Source of the DNA: Lytechinus pictus
Taxonomy: Eukaryota
Assembly (NCBI RefSeq): GCF_037042905.1
Contig: NC_087251.1
Location: 11,038,001-11,102,000 of the forward strand
Direction of reading: 5' to 3'
DNA length: 64,000 bases
Both the position numbers and the translations under genes were made by a program. Of the stretch, positions 37,979-51,208 are shown one piece after another. The notes under the pieces are model-generated. The model was given only the letters and a program-made list of their open reading frames with translations. It was not told where the DNA came from and did not search any database. How positions within the stretch are numbered: position 1 is the stretch's first letter; every line of letters starts with the position of its first letter.

Positions 37979-40900
37979 GATCAAATCTAAACCAGACTTT
38001 CGCGTGAACATTTTGTTATTGTGTCTGGCTCGATGAGAGTGGGCCAATGTCACTGATGATATGAAGACTACAGACAGTCAAATATCAGAACTATTGATTC
38101 TTGCCGAATATCACTATCACCACCAAATGACTTCCTCGTGTTACCTTCTAATAATGACCCTTTCAGAATGCACACTAGATTAATTGTAGACAAGTCAACT
38201 TCCATTTTCACTCTGTTATATCTTTCTCTCTTTAATATCTTTTAAAGGTAAGATTCTAATAAGTGCAGGATACTGAAAATGTTCAGGTACGTGTAACGTA
38301 AGCAAATAAAGCAATATCAATAGATTTCCTCAGTCCAAACAATTTTCTAGAAGTGGCTTTAGGATTACGACTAAACTAAATCGGCTTCCATTTTCTCATA
38401 AAATTGACTAAAATGCGCTGGGCGCTATTTTGTCACTAATGTTTAAGAAGTACTACATGCGTTTTATTTACTGGTAATATATTTATTCATGACCTGACTG
38501 ACATCACATTAAAGATACATGTAATAACTACAATTTTTTGATAATTTTCTAATTTGGTAAAGTAAACTATGGTATCACTTTTTTTTCAAATCTTCATTAA
38601 AGATTACCTTCACTTTTCTTTTATAACTATAAATGTGCAATCTGGTAAGATAGACTATGATATTCAACAAAATGATATGGATTTTTTTACAAAACAAATT
38701 TCGACGTAGCTGTTAAAAGGTTTCTTTGAATGTGCTTGTAGTTTATTAGGAAATTGATGTCTTCGCGAGAATTTGTGCTTGAGTTTGCTCTTTTTAAAGT
38801 AAATTCAGTCACCTAATACGTGAGGAAATCGGTATACAGCTTACTAACTGAAATTTCGCATTGATTTTCAATGAAAAGGTGATTGGTAATATTTTCTTTT
38901 TGGTGCTCTCATTATTTTTCGTGGTGTTCAGAAAATTGGTGTAAGTGCAGCATGGGGTCTTTAATGCTTATTTTATTTCTCTTCGGTTTTTGTTTTTTTC
39001 CTGGAATAGTGTTGTGCCGTTTTGTGTGACATACATGTATGTTTTAATCAATATTCTACCGTTCATAAACATGATAAAGTCCTCATCTTTCTAGCGTTAA
39101 AACACTTTCAATTCGTTTGCCATGCTCGATTGATCAGTGGTTACTTACCTCCCCCTTTTCACTTTTTTTCTACTACGGTTTGGAATACTAAAACTCATAA
39201 TGGCAATAATGATTGATCCATATTACGATCCATAATTTTGGCACGGTAATTTTCGTGGGTCGTAATGATATCATTCCCAGATTAATAGATTTGGTATGTT
39301 GCTGTAAAATATTTCGATGTGATTTGAATTTTCAGTGATCTTTGATTTAATTTTAAAAATGTATGAGTCCCTGGAATATTTGAGAATCATGCTCCATATA
39401 TAAATTTGATTTTCTGGTAAATTTTCCCTATTAGGTTGTGTAGTTTTATATTCAACCTCGGGGAAAACGTTATTCTTGCCGCTTTTCACGTATTTCACAC
39501 TTTGAATCTGTATACACGTTTTAAAAGATGGAATTAAAATGAAAAATACATTAATATGTTTGTGACGTCACAAAATTTCCGATGAGAGGAAGATGCATTC
39601 AGGGAACAGTGAAAAGTGAGACGTGTGTATATACATGTAGGCATATCACGCCTATTAAGAAAGTGAGTGATGAAAAAGAAGAACCGAACCGATAGAGGGG
39701 AAGGGGAGAGAGGGAAAGGAGGAGGGAGGGGGAAGAGAGAGAGAGACGGGGATGAGAGAGATAAATGAGGAGGAGAAAGCAGGGTGGCCTATAGGTGGGA
39801 TAGAAAGATATATTGGAGGAGGATGCGGGAAAGGATGATAACGAACTACAAAACTTCAAACAAAAATGGGTAGAGGCTAGCATGAGAATCATGACATCAC
39901 GGTTGGGTTCATACACATCTTGTCCAAAATAAATACACTACAAAATATATCAGGTGGTTCTGTAAACTATTTTATTATCATGGAGAGGATTAAATGAATA
40001 TCATAACGAAAAGGGAATTGAAATAATTTTAGATGGGATACGATCAAATCAATTTTGATATTATTAATATTATATTTTGTATATATATATATCTGTACAC
40101 GCCCTGCCCAAAATAGAATATTACACGTCCAACGCGTTTAGACTCCATTGTCATAAGTGATGTGATGCAGCACTAAATGGGTTGGTTGGTTAATCAGAAA
40201 TTCAAATTATCACTAATAAAATAATTGGGATGGGGTTGTCTAGTCATTAAAATAGGACATTGCTTAATTGTACATTTCGCCGATGACTCTTCAGTGTCTT
40301 AGTCAGGCGAGAAATTTAGCTCTTCGTCAGCATGAAGTCAGCGTGATACATCTAGTGATCTCGTATGTGTATTATCCGCATCATGGGTTAAATATAGCTT
40401 TGACCATGCAGCTGACGCAAGATGGCGCTTGCACATTTTACCAGTAGTTCAGGTCAAATTGTTCAGTTTGTTTGTTGAACTTCTTATTTATATATGGGGC
40501 TTTGTTTGTATATGTCTATCAAGTCTATGATTGGTAAAATTATGGACCTACGGTAAAATGCAATTTAGAGAAACAATTGAAGGGAAAGGGCAAAACGAAA
40601 ATGATCATTCATTATGTGGTGCACCTACAAGTGTTTTATGATATGAAACAATAGAAAAATGGGAGTAGACGATCAAGTTGCAAGTGGTGTGACGCAATTA
40701 TGTGGGCGCAATTAAAGTTACATGAAAAGCTAAAATGATGAATGAATACAACATTATTTTGTCCGAGATAATTACATCAATTTAGTGAAAATTTGGAATT
40801 TTCGTTCTAAGTATTGTGCTTTATATATCCTCATTTCTTTCTTTATTTATTTCTATTTCATTCTTTCTTTCCTTTTTATTTTCTTTCTTTCTTTCTTCTT

Positions 40901-42362
40901 CTTCTTCTTCTTTTTCTTCTTCTTCTATATACCTCTATACTTCTTCTTCCTCCTCCTCTTCTCCTTCTTTTATTCTCCTTTTATTCTTCTTCTTTTCTAC
41001 AGAAATTAATAGTCAGTTGGTAACATGGGCGAGAGATATAGAAAAAAAAGAGAACCTGGAGAAAGGGGTGGGGAGAGAGAGAGAGACACACACGGTTGGA
41101 ACCATTTAATCACAATTAGATACCTCTGCCCTCGCTCCGACATCATCATGATCATGATGATCATTGTGTAATGATGGTATTATCTTAAATGACATGTGAA
41201 AGTTCCCATCTGATGAACATGTTAGACAGGGCGTTGATGTAAAATTAGTTCACTGAATATACTTCATCCAAAATTAGTTTCGCAAACAGACATATTTCAT
41301 CAGAGTTTGCTTCCAAAATAAAATTGTTATGGTGATAATAATATCTTTAAAATAGTAATCGTAATGATTACAGTGTTAGAATGAGCAATGACTATCATGT
41401 TTGAAAACAAAGACGTTGGTGTGAAAATTGCTATATCAAACAACAAGTTTATAAGAAGTTTAAATTAACCAAGCCTAAAATGCCTGGTGAAGACTAATTC
41501 TGCAGTCAGCTAGGGCATGGCAAAAAAAAACTTGACTGGGTGTCAAATAAAATTAAAGGCACGCCTTGGGTGTGAGCCGTATCTTAAATGCATTTATGAA
41601 ATCAGGGATTAGTATTGGGCTTTGCAGATTGCTTTTGACACGAATGTGGCTTATCGCTATAAGCCAAGTTTGGCTTATAACACGCCCAAGATATCAACTC
41701 GATTGCCAATTTGTCATAGTTGCACACCTTTCAAAGTTGATTATAATTAAACATTCATTTTGTGACACTACAGAATTGTTATTCACTAATTTTTGACAAA
41801 CGAGACAATAAAAAAAGATGCATTTTGATGGGCCTACCTCTATCCGCTGTGGTAGAAAATAGTGTTTCTACTGTCTTATATGAAATCTAAATTATATGAA
41901 ATTTAAAATGTATATAACAATATCGTGTTCTTTTACAGGGCCAATGTCCATGACATTAGTTACATGGGGGAGGGGGGCGATTATTTTCATCAACATTTCC
42001 CCCGATCGGTCGTTAAAACCTGATTTTGTTGTTGTTGCCGCTTCGCCCCCCCCCCCACCTCCTTCGATCAGAAAATTATATCATTTTTAACTTGTTTTCT
42101 TCTCCTTTCTTTGCATTTTCCCTTATTTTTCTTGGTCCTTTACGCAAGTGAACACCGGTATTTTTATATCATTATTATCGGGGAGACTACAGCATTTATA
42201 ATTTGATTTTTTTCAATGAAGAAAATACTTAAAAGATTGAAAATTTCCCTCGATGATATCGATGTTTTACTTGAAATATTGTATACAGAGATTACCGACG
42301 TCAAAACCACGGTACACCAGTAGTGTCGATGTTAAAGAATAATGTAATATAAAACAAATAGA

Positions 42363-42738
42363 TTTTGAACAACTGTGCACTGCTGTAAGAATGCTTAGTG
42401 CTGTCCTCTCACAGAATCGACTGATTTACTTTTACAGGTCAAGTCCACCTCAGAAAAACGTTGATTTAAATCAATAGAGAAAAATCAGACAAGAATAATG
42501 CTGAAAATTTCATCGAAATCGGATGTAAAATGAGAAAGTTATATGACATTTTTGAAAAACTGTGCACTGCTGTAAGAATGCTTAGTGCTGTCCTCTCACA
42601 GAATCGACTGATTTACTTTTACAGGTCAAGTCCACCTCAGAAAAACGTTGATTTAAATCAATAGAGAAAAATCAGACAAGAATAATGCTGAAAATTTCAT
42701 CGAAATCGGATGTAAAATGAGAAAGTTATATGACATTT
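42363..42738. repeat. Near-perfect tandem duplication, 187-bp period
   Basis: AACTGTGCACTGCTG...TATGACATTTT occurs at 42371 and again at 42558. Confidence 0.92.
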
Positions 42739-43174
42739 TAAAGTTTCGCTTATTTTTCACAAAATAGTTATATTCACAAACTAGTCACATGCAAATGAAA
42801 GAATCGATGATATCCCTCACTCACTATTTCTTTTGATTTTTTATTGTTTGAATTATACACTAAACTATTAAATGTTATACAATGGTAATTCCACATGTTC
42901 AGGGAGAAATAAAACTTTTTTTCACAGGACAAAGATGATAAAGTAGAATATTTCATATTTCATACAATAAAAAACAAAAGAAATAGTGAGTGAGTGATGT
43001 CATCAGTTCTCTCATTCGCCTACCTACCGGGATGTGCATATAACTGTTTTGTGAAATTAAGTGAAACTTAAAACTGTAATAACTTTTTTTTTTATTATAC
43101 ATCCTATGTGTTTTTGCTCGTTGTATTTTTCTATTTTTATTCAAATCAACTCTTTGTTGGAGTGAACTTGTCCT
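42623..43174. mobile_element. Kolobok-like palindromic MITE
   Basis: AGGTCAAGTCCAC ... GTGAACTTGTCCT|TTAA with long internal inverted similarity. Confidence 0.8.
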
Positions 43175-44147
43175 TTAATAACAGAATGTTTGCATTGTAG
43201 AAATGTAAAGTTACATTGTCTTCACTTCAAAATCCTACATCTTTTTCAAAACACAACATCGAATATATATATTTTTTGTTACAAGGCTGAACTTATCGAC
43301 ATATTATCAATTTTATCAATAAAGTTTTCAAACATATGATATTATAGAGAGGAGGATTTCATTACGTCTATAACGCCCCTCTTTGATTCCTTTTAAAGTT
43401 AGTCCGATAAAAGTAGAATAAAGATGTGAGGACACATACCAGACTGTATAGGTTTAGGCGGAAACGGTCAATATATAGGGGTGATGCCCCTTAATTAACC
43501 CCAAGGATATCATATAGTCCTTAGCAGGGTGTTTCCCCTTACGCTCCGGGGGTAATTATTAATAGACGGGTCGTTCATGATCCTATAGATACGCCCATGG
43601 ACTACTATCTGGACGTGCATGCATTATATCATCACTCATTAAATAATATTCATATTAAAAGAAGGGCGGGCTAGCATCATTTAAATCGTTGCATTTCCCG
43701 GTCAGTGTACAGCGTTGAAAGTTAAGGTTTCTGGATGAATTCTTGGGGGGGGGGGATTCTTTTGAAGGTTTCGCCAGGTCTAGGATTTATTTTGTTCATT
43801 TTGTAAACTTATCATTTTTGTTTTGTCCAGTTCGTGATATAAGCCTCCTAAACAAAACTGAGAATCTAAGAGCACATGGGGGGGGGGGGGGGCTTTTTTG
43901 TTAAATGCTCACTTTTTTTCTGTCTCTTTATTAATATAATCTATTTTTATTTCGAGTAGGGGATGTGTCACAAATGGGAGGCAAGGGAGATCGTCCAATG
44001 TCTTTTTTCAAGTCAGGGGTAAAAAATAAAATGTCTTGAGAAAACTGAAATGAAGAAAAGGAGAAGAGAGAGTATAACAAAAATATGTCTTCTCTATAGG
44101 GCCCAATACTCGATTATTAAACTGAAAAGGGGGAATGACGTTAGCAT

Positions 44148-44453
44148 TGGGTCAGATGCATAAAAAGTAGCAATTGCTTGTCATGCTTGTGCTATAGGCT
44201 ATTGCTTGATTCCGTATGCATAAAAATGAGCGAGAAATGCTTTTGCTAGTAAGTTCAAGCAGTCGCTAACTGACAACTAGCATGTCCTTGAAGATTAAGC
44301 TATAAATTGCTAAAAGGCGTATATGCATAAAGCGAACATTTCGCTTGTAAGTCTAAGCACTTGCTTGGGTTTTTTCAAGCTCTGCCAGAGCAGCTTGAGC
44401 GTTTGCTTGCAGGGCGTTCGCGTTTTTTAATCATGTTTATGCACCTGAGAACC
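44148..44453. mobile_element. MITE with TCAG(A/G)TGCATAAA termini
   Basis: GGGTCAGATGCATAAA / TTTATGCACCTGAGA inverted ends. Confidence 0.55.
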
Positions 44454-45071
44454 CCAAGGTGTATAGTAGCCTACATGTACATGTTTTCTTCCTAATAAGT
44501 GCAAACCAAATGCCAAATATATAAATTTATCAAAAATAAACAAGTTAGTTTGACACCATGTCTGAGAAAAAGATATTATCATGGTTATAGGAAAGAAGCG
44601 GCAAATTGCACTGCCTAAGTTGCGTTCGAGTCCTGCCTTTTATGTGAGTCCTGTTCGCACCAGCGCGTCGTGAAGTCGAACCGCTAGCAGGGTTCAAGCA
44701 GGGGGCGGATCCAGCTTTCGCCAAGAGGGCGGGGGAATTTGTTATCACCCATATTTTCCCCGATCAGCCGCTGAAAATTGATTTTTGTTTGTTTATTTGA
44801 AGGGATAGTCCTAAAAGTCACTATAGCTTTATTCTTTTAATACAACATTAATATAATCTCATAAGCCCTATTTAAATAATGCTAGCGCGAAGCGTGAGCT
44901 AAATTCTTTGGAAATTTGATGTATTTTGTCCTGAAAATTGAACATTCTGGGCAATGTTTGTGATTCTGACCATATGCGTAACTAAATGTAACTAAATAAT
45001 CACTGCGAGCGCGAAGCGCGAGCAGAAAGTTTTAATGTACATTCTCGCCTGATCGAAAAGAAACCTGTTAA

Positions 45072-45502
45072 AGCCCCCATCACACTTATTCCTAATCAAG
45101 CCGAATTGGCCTGAATGAAAGGACTATTGTTTGACCACCAGTTGGTCATTTAAATCTTCTTCGAACACCGTTCGAAAATATCCATCGAATGTTTTGAACA
45201 TGACCAAAACCTTCGGGACGGCCAAAAGAAATGACAAAAATATTTCGAATGCACTCAGAATGCAGTCAGGATATTTAGAATGCCCCTAGAATGTCCAAGA
45301 ACGTAGCACGAATTATCAATCTGACTCCATTGCGGTTCATTTTGACTAGTGTATGATGATACACCTGGTCAATTTACTGAATTTCAACTCCAGTTTGGTG
45401 AATTCATAAGTTCCTCCCAAAAATGTCTAGATTTTTTGAATATTTTTTTATTTCCAGCTTCTGCTTGATTCCTACTGATTCCGAATAAGTGTGATGGGGG
45501 CT
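45072..45502. mobile_element. PIF/Harbinger-type MITE
   Basis: Perfect 20-bp TIR AGCCCCCATCACACTTATTC / GAATAAGTGTGATGGGGGCT, with TAA TSD on both sides. Confidence 0.88.
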
Positions 45503-46102
45503 TAAGGATTGTTTGCAGTTAGCCATGAAGACAATACTTATTTTAACAATAAAAAAATGCGAGCGCCAAAGCGCGAGCTGAAAGGTTTTTGACGTTCTCA
45601 TCTATAAAATGGAATTCTAAGCACTTTTGTAATCCTGAACATCCTCGCGAAGCGAGGGCTGAAATATATATTCCGATCTGAAAAGGGGTTAGTTCAGGCA
45701 CTATTTCAAGCATTGTGTGGGGAAATTGTGAAGTGGATATGGTTTGCACTTAAAGTGCGAGCTTATATTTTTTCATCATTACTTTGGCTTGGGACCGGGA
45801 CATTCTAAGAACATTCGTCATATGGAAATGGTGACTATCTTCGTGTGCCGCTTCCTAAGCGCGAGATGAAACTTGTCGATATTCCATTCTGAAAAAGGGG
45901 ACACCAAATTAAATAGGAATTAAATATTGTATTATATTATTTATTAATCTAATAAGCCTAATTAGAGCGCGAAATTTGTTGACATCAAGGCCTGAAAACT
46001 AGACATTTTTAGTTCTATATCAGCCTATTGAGCAAGATATGAATCATCAATCAGGGAATGCAAGCGCCAAGCGCGAGCAAAAATTTTATAGTGAGATGAA
46101 AT

Positions 46103-46500
46103 GGGGCGGCGTGGTCTAGTGGTTCCTGACTCTCGACTTTCAAACAGAGAGTCGCAGGTTCGAATCCTAGCCATGGCAAGGGGTGAGCCCATGATTTTCC
46201 AAAGGGGGGGGGGGCACATTTTTCAAAGGGAATATTTGACAAGAAAAAAGGTTTTAAGGATATTTCGTCCCCGAAAAAAATTGACAAGCAAAAAAAAAAA
46301 AAAAAGGTCTACAATTTCAAATTTCAAAGCACACTTCAGTTTTAATGAATCACGGGCCGACTGTGCCCCCTTCTTGTATTCACACTGTGCTGCACTCGAC
46401 TCAGGTGAGGTGAATGGGTACCCGGTAGGAAGATATTTCTGGAATGCTTGAGCGCCCGATCAAGGTAGCCGTGCTATTACGGCCGGTGTAATGCTATCAT
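46103..46500 (+). mobile_element. tRNA-derived SINE interrupted by about 200 bp of unrelated G-tract repeat
   Basis: A box TGGTCTAGTGG and B box GGTTCGAATCC (46103-46177). SINE-like body CACACTGTGCTGCACTCGACTCAGGTGAGGTGAATGGGTACC resumes at about 46380. Confidence 0.7.
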
Positions 46501-46522
46501 GTTAAGCAGGGCCTGCTAATAA

Positions 46523-47458
46523 TAAACTCCTCAAAAAAAAGTTTGGAAATCTGACTTTGATCGATAATCCCTCCTAGGTTTTAATAAATATCAATGAATA
46601 GATAATTTAATTTTCTTTAAAATGATACCCTACATGATATGATTATGGTTATGGTTCACATGGAGGTACAGTGCCTTGAAATGTGGGGCAAGGTCAAAAT
46701 TCAAAAGTTGCAAAATTACACAATGTTGAAAGTCACTGTTCTTTTTTCCGTGGTGATGGGTGAGTTTCTCAGCGGTTTCTTTTGATTGTTTTCAATTTTT
46801 TTCATGCACCTTAACATCAACATTGACATGGAATCAAACACACCTCTGCACAAGCAAACACATAACAAACAAACATGATTGGGTATTTCAAACCACGACT
46901 CAAACCATACTATCTCACAGAACTATCACTACATAAACCACAACAAAACGAAGCAGGGGCTTGATTTGAATGGCATTTCATCTCTATTGACACAGACAAA
47001 AGAATCATGTTCTGTATTGACCATTCATGACTATTTCTGCTCGTTTTGCAGCTTTTCAATTCAGACCTCATCCAACACTTTTGAATCCTGCTCTTTTCGT
47101 GATGGCATGAACATAACAAGCATGGTATTATTTTTTAAAGAAAATTAAATGATCTTTTGAGTAATATCAAATATGCATTGTGTAAAATTGGAAGTTGGGA
47201 GAAATTAATGGCCAAACTCAGATTTCCAAACTTTTTTTGCTCGTTTTGCAGCTTTTCAATTCAGACCTCATCCAACACTTTTGAATCCTGCTCTTTTCGT
47301 TTTCGTGATGGCATGGTCATAACAAGCATGGTATCATTGTAAAGAGAATTGAATGATCTTTTGAAATTTGAATGATGCCAAATATGCATTGTGTAAAATT
47401 GGGAGTTGGGAGAAATTATTGGCCAAACTCAGATTTACAAACTTTTTTGAGGGGTTTA
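46523..47458. mobile_element. Tc1/mariner-like MITE with an internal duplication of its right end
   Basis: TIR TAAACTCCTCAAAAAAAAGTTTGGAAATCTGA / TCAGATTTACAAACTTTTTTGAGGGGTTTA, followed by TA. A block of about 200 bp is repeated at about 47038 and about 47238. Confidence 0.75.
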
Positions 47459-48039
47459 TAATATTGGCAATAGCCTACCAGCGGGTGGCGCCATATAGGA
47501 AGGGTCAGGGGTGAATGCCCCTATGATTTTCCGAGTAGAAAAAGGAGAGGAGGGTAACTTAAAGGGAAATCTACCCTGACAAAAATTATATTGTAAAAAT
47601 ATCATAAAAGTTATTTAAAAATGTTGGTGAAGGTTTGATGAAACCATATGAAATCATATCAAGACTAAAAAGGTTATCAATTTCGTGATTTGTGACATCA
47701 TAATTACGCGAGCAGCTTCCCCAATCGTGTAGTAATGAATCAATGAAATGGCATTTTCTTAAAAGAAGTTTTTTATTGTACAGTCAGTATATCCACACAT
47801 AAATTATTTCACACTCGTTCCTGGAAGAAAACGAAATTTCAATGATCATGAACCATTAAAAAATGCATTTTATGCATTTTATTGAACTTATGTGGAAGCC
47901 GGTACGGAAGCTGCTCATATGTTACGTTACGTCACAAATCGATTTTTCATTTACATATTTTCTTAACAATTTTTCTTAACAAGTGCACACCTAGTTACCA
48001 AGAATATGTAAAGCATGAAATGCAGAATTGTCATAGGTA

Positions 48040-48165
48040 GGTGCCGCGGGCGGGGATCTAATTAACCCTTTGATCGAACCACTCGGCCACGACACGATTT
48101 TGCGTGCGTTTGTGGGATATCACATTCACGCATGCGCATTAACCTTGGAAACCGAAATGGCGTCT
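48040..48165 (+). promoter_or_regulatory. Candidate NOXRED1 promoter
   Basis: GC box GGGCGGGG, NRF1-like GCATGCGCA and YY1-like AAATGGCG overlapping the start codon. Confidence 0.4.
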
Positions 48166-48353
48166 GTTGTGGCCGCAAATTCCCTTGGAAATTTGAGTGA
48201 CATTACCAAGGATTTGCCTTCTTTGCAGTTTGAAAATGCTTTATCAGAAGATGAGAAGGGACCGTATCTCGCCCTTAGAAAGAGATCTCATGCAATTACC
48301 GTATCAGCATGTGCTCAAGCGGCGTATTTTGTGGCAGTATTAAATGAAGCTCG
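48157..48353 (+). CDS. NOXRED1: NOXRED1-like (NADP-dependent oxidoreductase domain-containing protein 1), coding exon 1
   Basis: MASVVAAN...DLPSLQFENAL...YLALRKRSHAITVSACAQAAYF resembles, from memory, the NOXRED1 N-terminus (DLxSLQFE...ACAxAxFF). Donor CG|GTGAG, phase 2. Confidence 0.8.
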
Positions 48354-48990
48354 GTGAGCATAAGCGGTCCCATATGTAGATTTCCATGTGTGTTCAATAT
48401 TGCATGAAGTTACATATTCATTGTTGTTCATTGAGAATGAGTGAGGTATGGTACACTCTAAGCACCAAGGCTATTAATTCCTGTGTTAAAAAAGTGAGTG
48501 CACGCGAATTAAATGTTGGACTTAAATTACTAGATCTTACCATGGAGCTCCATGACAAAATCTGTTCTTAAATTAGACTCTAGATATTACTAAATTGAAA
48601 AAATGTATAAATACTATACCCAGTTGTTGTGTGTCCGGACAGGTTGTGTGTCCGGACGATCAATTTTAGAAAGTCATTTGGAAAAATTTACAAGGAAAGT
48701 TTTATCAATTTTTAGTACAAAATGTCAAGAAATATTATAGAGAACAAAATAGAAGATGATTACAACTATTGATTTCGTATTTGTAGTGTAATCCAATGAC
48801 AAAAAAGAAGGCTTCAAAAATATAAAGTGTCCGGACACCCGATCCCCCATCCTACTCGCCTGGTCTTTTCTTGGGGTATTGAAGCCTTTTTGTCCAGAAC
48901 TTGCTCAACTTTTGTGGCAAATTTTGTCGCCATAGGGTTGTGCACATTCTCGTTTAATACTGGTTGTCACGTGACACGGCAATGTCGTTA

Positions 48991-51208
48991 GGGGCATTTT
49001 CACGGTAACTGACATTACACGGCACAATGTTTTCACACCTTTTATTGTGTGTATCTCTAAAACAACAAATGATGGGAGTTTGCTTTTGATAGTGTTAATA
49101 AAGTGAACCTTGCTGTATACTCTGATACTAAGTTTTCTTATGTAACATTATTTTTTTACGCATCAGCAAGCAAAAATGTGTCGGTAACTGACATTACGCA
49201 AAAGGACATGTAATTTCAGGGTGTTCATTAAAATTGAAATATCTCATGTCCCTGAGTAGATAGCGAAATAATTTGAATATGTAAATATACCTCCGTTACT
49301 AGGTTAAGATGTGTCAAAATATTAAACAATTTGTTTTTGTCTTTTGGGGGCTATGATAATTTTTCCACAACCATGCTGGTAACTGACATTACGGTAACTG
49401 ACATTACACTTAATTTGCCATAGAGATAACACATGGAAGTCAAATGTGTGGAATCATTGCATTGTATCTTCTGTGCAGGGCTTCACATGAAAGTGAGCTT
49501 GATGTGGAAGTATACCCGAGTATCTAGGAACATTTCAATGAAAAAACTTTTTCTTTTTCTTAATTCCTTTCTTTGATTTGAACATTTTTATAATTACTTG
49601 TCGGTATCTGACAATACACATTAACATTTACCAGTGCTATATAGTTTTCAAAGGCATAATTTTCTTGGTACTTATATGTAAGGCTTTTTAAAATCATAAA
49701 AGTTTCATAATACTTCACATTTTTAATTATCAAAAGATAAGAAATGTATGTTTTACTTACTCGGGGGGGGGGGGGTGGGGTAATAGCTGCTACATGTTTT
49801 CCTATAGTAATTTAACATTGCATTGACTGTACACATGGATTTTTCTGACTATACACCCATAATATATTCATCAGTTTTATATTGACTTTTTAAACCTTTT
49901 CCTTCTCCAACTTCCCCCTCCCCTCCCCCGAATCTCATGCAGCCATGTAGTTTTATTGATTTCTATTCTGGTCAGTGCAAGCAATGCTTGTTCATATCTG
50001 TCGGATTTCAATTCTCATCATAATTTGTTTTATCATTTTCTTTGCTAATTTCTTTTTTAAGCTGTCAACAAAAAATAAACTCCAGCTTCTAAACTGAAAC
50101 TGAACTATTTGTAAATTAGAAAAAAAACAGTTTTAGTAGATCCATGCAACATTGATCAGAACTGTCAAATTTCACTTTTCATCTATACTTGTAAACCAAA
50201 AACAAAATTGTATCACACATCCACACTACTAACAGGTATAAAAACTAGGAATTTACTTTTAGCGAGGCAATGCTCAAAAGAATCCTAGAAACTAAAAAAG
50301 GGACCCTGGAAATCCCCTTCATCACAATGTTAAGCTTAAAAAATGTTGCAGATTTAGGCAATAGGTTGGGAAAAGTACCCCCTTCCCCCCCCAAAAAAAA
50401 AAAAATTGTCTGATACAAACAATTAGGTACTTGGTAAGTTCATGTACAAAACAATTTCATAGTAATTTTTTTTGCACGATGGGAATGCAACTTCCTTCAT
50501 AATTTCATATAGTATTCCTTGTGAACTATACCTTTTAAAAGTCAATAGCAAGCTCCTTCTGGTGTGACTTTTAAAGTGAAAGACTTAAATAACAAGTATA
50601 CAATATTTCTTCACCATAAAATTGACCACATATTTGCATTTCAATATTGGTAACGAACGTTTTATCATGGTAACTGACATTACATATATTTAATGGTACC
50701 CTATGGCTTCATTGTCAATTGGTAATCTTTAATTTTGGTGTAGAAGGGAGGGGTGTTACCTAGAGAGGAAATCTACCAAGTTTCATATAATATATCCTCT
50801 TTTCCAGGAAATGAGAAAAAAAAGTTCATGTTTTCGGTAACTGACATTACATACCATATCACATACTTCATCAATGTTTTTTTATCAGATGAATGAATTA
50901 CTGGTGTTTCTTTCTGTGGGATTTTAAAAAGTGTTATAATAGCAAGCTAAATCACAGGCAAAAACATCATGATCAAACCTGTTCTTTAAAAATCTGTCAA
51001 AACAAAATATGTATCAATATACTATTTTCAACACTAATTTGTATCCATACTTTGGCAGCCATTTTGAAATAAAAAATGGCTGCCAGAGTCGGAAAAAAAT
51101 TTTGTCTCAGAAACTTCAGGTCTTGTTTTATTAAAAAACATAAAGCATTTGACATGAATATCAATTTGATTTTTTTGCCTCTGTGTCCATCTGTGGTGAA
51201 AATGCCCT
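48991..51208. mobile_element. Unclassified 2.2-kb non-autonomous DNA transposon in NOXRED1 intron 1
   Basis: Terminal inverted GGGCATTTTCAC / GTGAAAATGCCC with TTA on both outer sides, and seven internal GGTAACTGACATTAC-type motifs. Confidence 0.7.
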
